Assembly (NCBI GenBank): GCA_039096225.1
Contig: JBBPEB010000009.1
Location: 868,001 to 932,000, forward strand
Length of the DNA stretch: 64,000 nt
Source: Blastocystis sp. Blastoise
Lineage: Eukaryota; Protista; Bigyra: Opalinata
Direction of reading: 5' to 3'
How positions within the stretch are numbered: position 1 is the stretch's first letter; every line of letters starts with the position of its first letter. This document shows, piece after piece, positions 63,013 to 64,000 of the stretch. Under the pieces are notes generated by a model. It saw only the letters and a program-made list of their open reading frames with translations, made no database searches and had not been told where the DNA came from. The translations under genes were made by a program, and so were the position numbers.

Positions 63013-64000
63013 TTATTATTATTATTTTTCACATTTAATAGCTTTCTATTATCTGCTTTCTTTATATTATTTATTTATTTATGCTGTTGTTATCGTTTTA
63101 GCTATTCTATATTTAAATGTTTTCTTTTGTTCTATTTTTGTTTTGTTCTTTTTCTTTTTTTTTTTTTTATTTAAATTGTGTCGACTATTAAGATAATTCT
63201 TCAATTACTTAATATATTAAATAGTGTCAAGTTTTTAAATGTTTGGATTCAATTTAATTTAAAATATCTATTGTCCACTTTTAACTTTATATAGTATAAC
63301 TGATTTAATACTGTCAATGATTGAGATATTTAAGTTTTGTTTTTCTCCACTAATTCATCTTGCATATATATATTATTGTGTAAATATAAAGTCATAAAAG
63401 TAAGTTTAAGGTTGTAAAATTTAAAAAATTGTAAAAAGGGGTTCTTAAACTAAGAGATTCGAAATTCTAAAAAATGATTTAATATACACTAAGCTAAATT
63501 CTACAACATATTAAAAATTAAGAGAATTTCATTTTTGAAAAGTTAATTAACAATGTGTTTGAGTTGTCTAGAAATTTTAAAGAGTTAGCTTCTTTGTTTA
63601 AAATTGTGTTTTTATTATACTATGAAAATTTTGACTTTTAAAAACAAGTTTAAAGGGGTTTATTTTTTTAAATGTAGAAATAAGTTACTCAACGGACGAG
63701 ATTCAATATAAAACATTTTATTTATCAAACTATGAACTATAGTCTAAATTATATTAAAAGAAGTGACAAAAATACTCTTGAAAAAGTGTATGACCAAATG
63801 TAAAATGTTTATAAAGAGTGTTAAAATGGTAACTAATGTATTGATAGAGTTATGTTGAGTATAGTGTTTAAATATTAGAGTTTTAAATTAACTATAAGTG
63901 TGTCAATTTTTCAAAATGTATTAAAAAGCGTCATGAGGTCAGAGATTCAAGACATTAAACTATAATTAATAAATAATACAATGAGATCTATACTGTGTGA

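Larger units (their letters stand above)
54187..64000 (+). mobile_element. Helitron A copy running off the window end, with a nested family B copy
   Basis: A|TCATTACTATTATA 5' end; collinear with ~47150-52750 once 59007-63012 is removed. Confidence 0.7.

Noticed and set aside
44253-64000. Autonomous Helitron (RepHel)
   Set aside because: No long ORF or HUH/PIF1 motifs in any copy.

Overview
Very AT-rich eukaryotic DNA with short GT-AG introns, probably a protist (a Blastocystis-like stramenopile is suggested by the 3'-end motif but not proven). 1-8.1 kb holds three spliced host genes: a ureide-permease-like DMT transporter, AP-4 mu adaptin and a His-rich CDF zinc transporter. The rest is a nested stack of mobile DNA. 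Its centre is a complete 28.2-kb endogenous Polinton-like virus (13515-41723) with ~895-bp TIRs, flanking TATTAA and an empty-site paralogue at ~62815. The virus encodes two tyrosine recombinases, an AEP-primase/SF3 helicase, an SSB disrupted by a Helitron, an A32-like packaging ATPase, two paralogous major capsid proteins, two penton-like proteins, core proteins and an adenain-like protease; no pPolB or retroviral integrase is visible. Notable signals: (i) perfect heat-shock-element arrays only upstream of the viral non-structural genes; (ii) a canonical -1 frameshift site (A_AAA_AAC plus long hairpin) fusing a core polyprotein to the protease, gag-pro style; (iii) TGTTTWGTT after essentially every viral gene; (iv) hairpin/att-like termini. 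The virus lies inside one non-autonomous Helitron-like family (B) and carries another (A). Family A bears spliced micro-exon cassettes and a covarying mascRNA-like tRNA-like cloverleaf (5 copies). All protein calls come from motif recognition by eye, without database searches.
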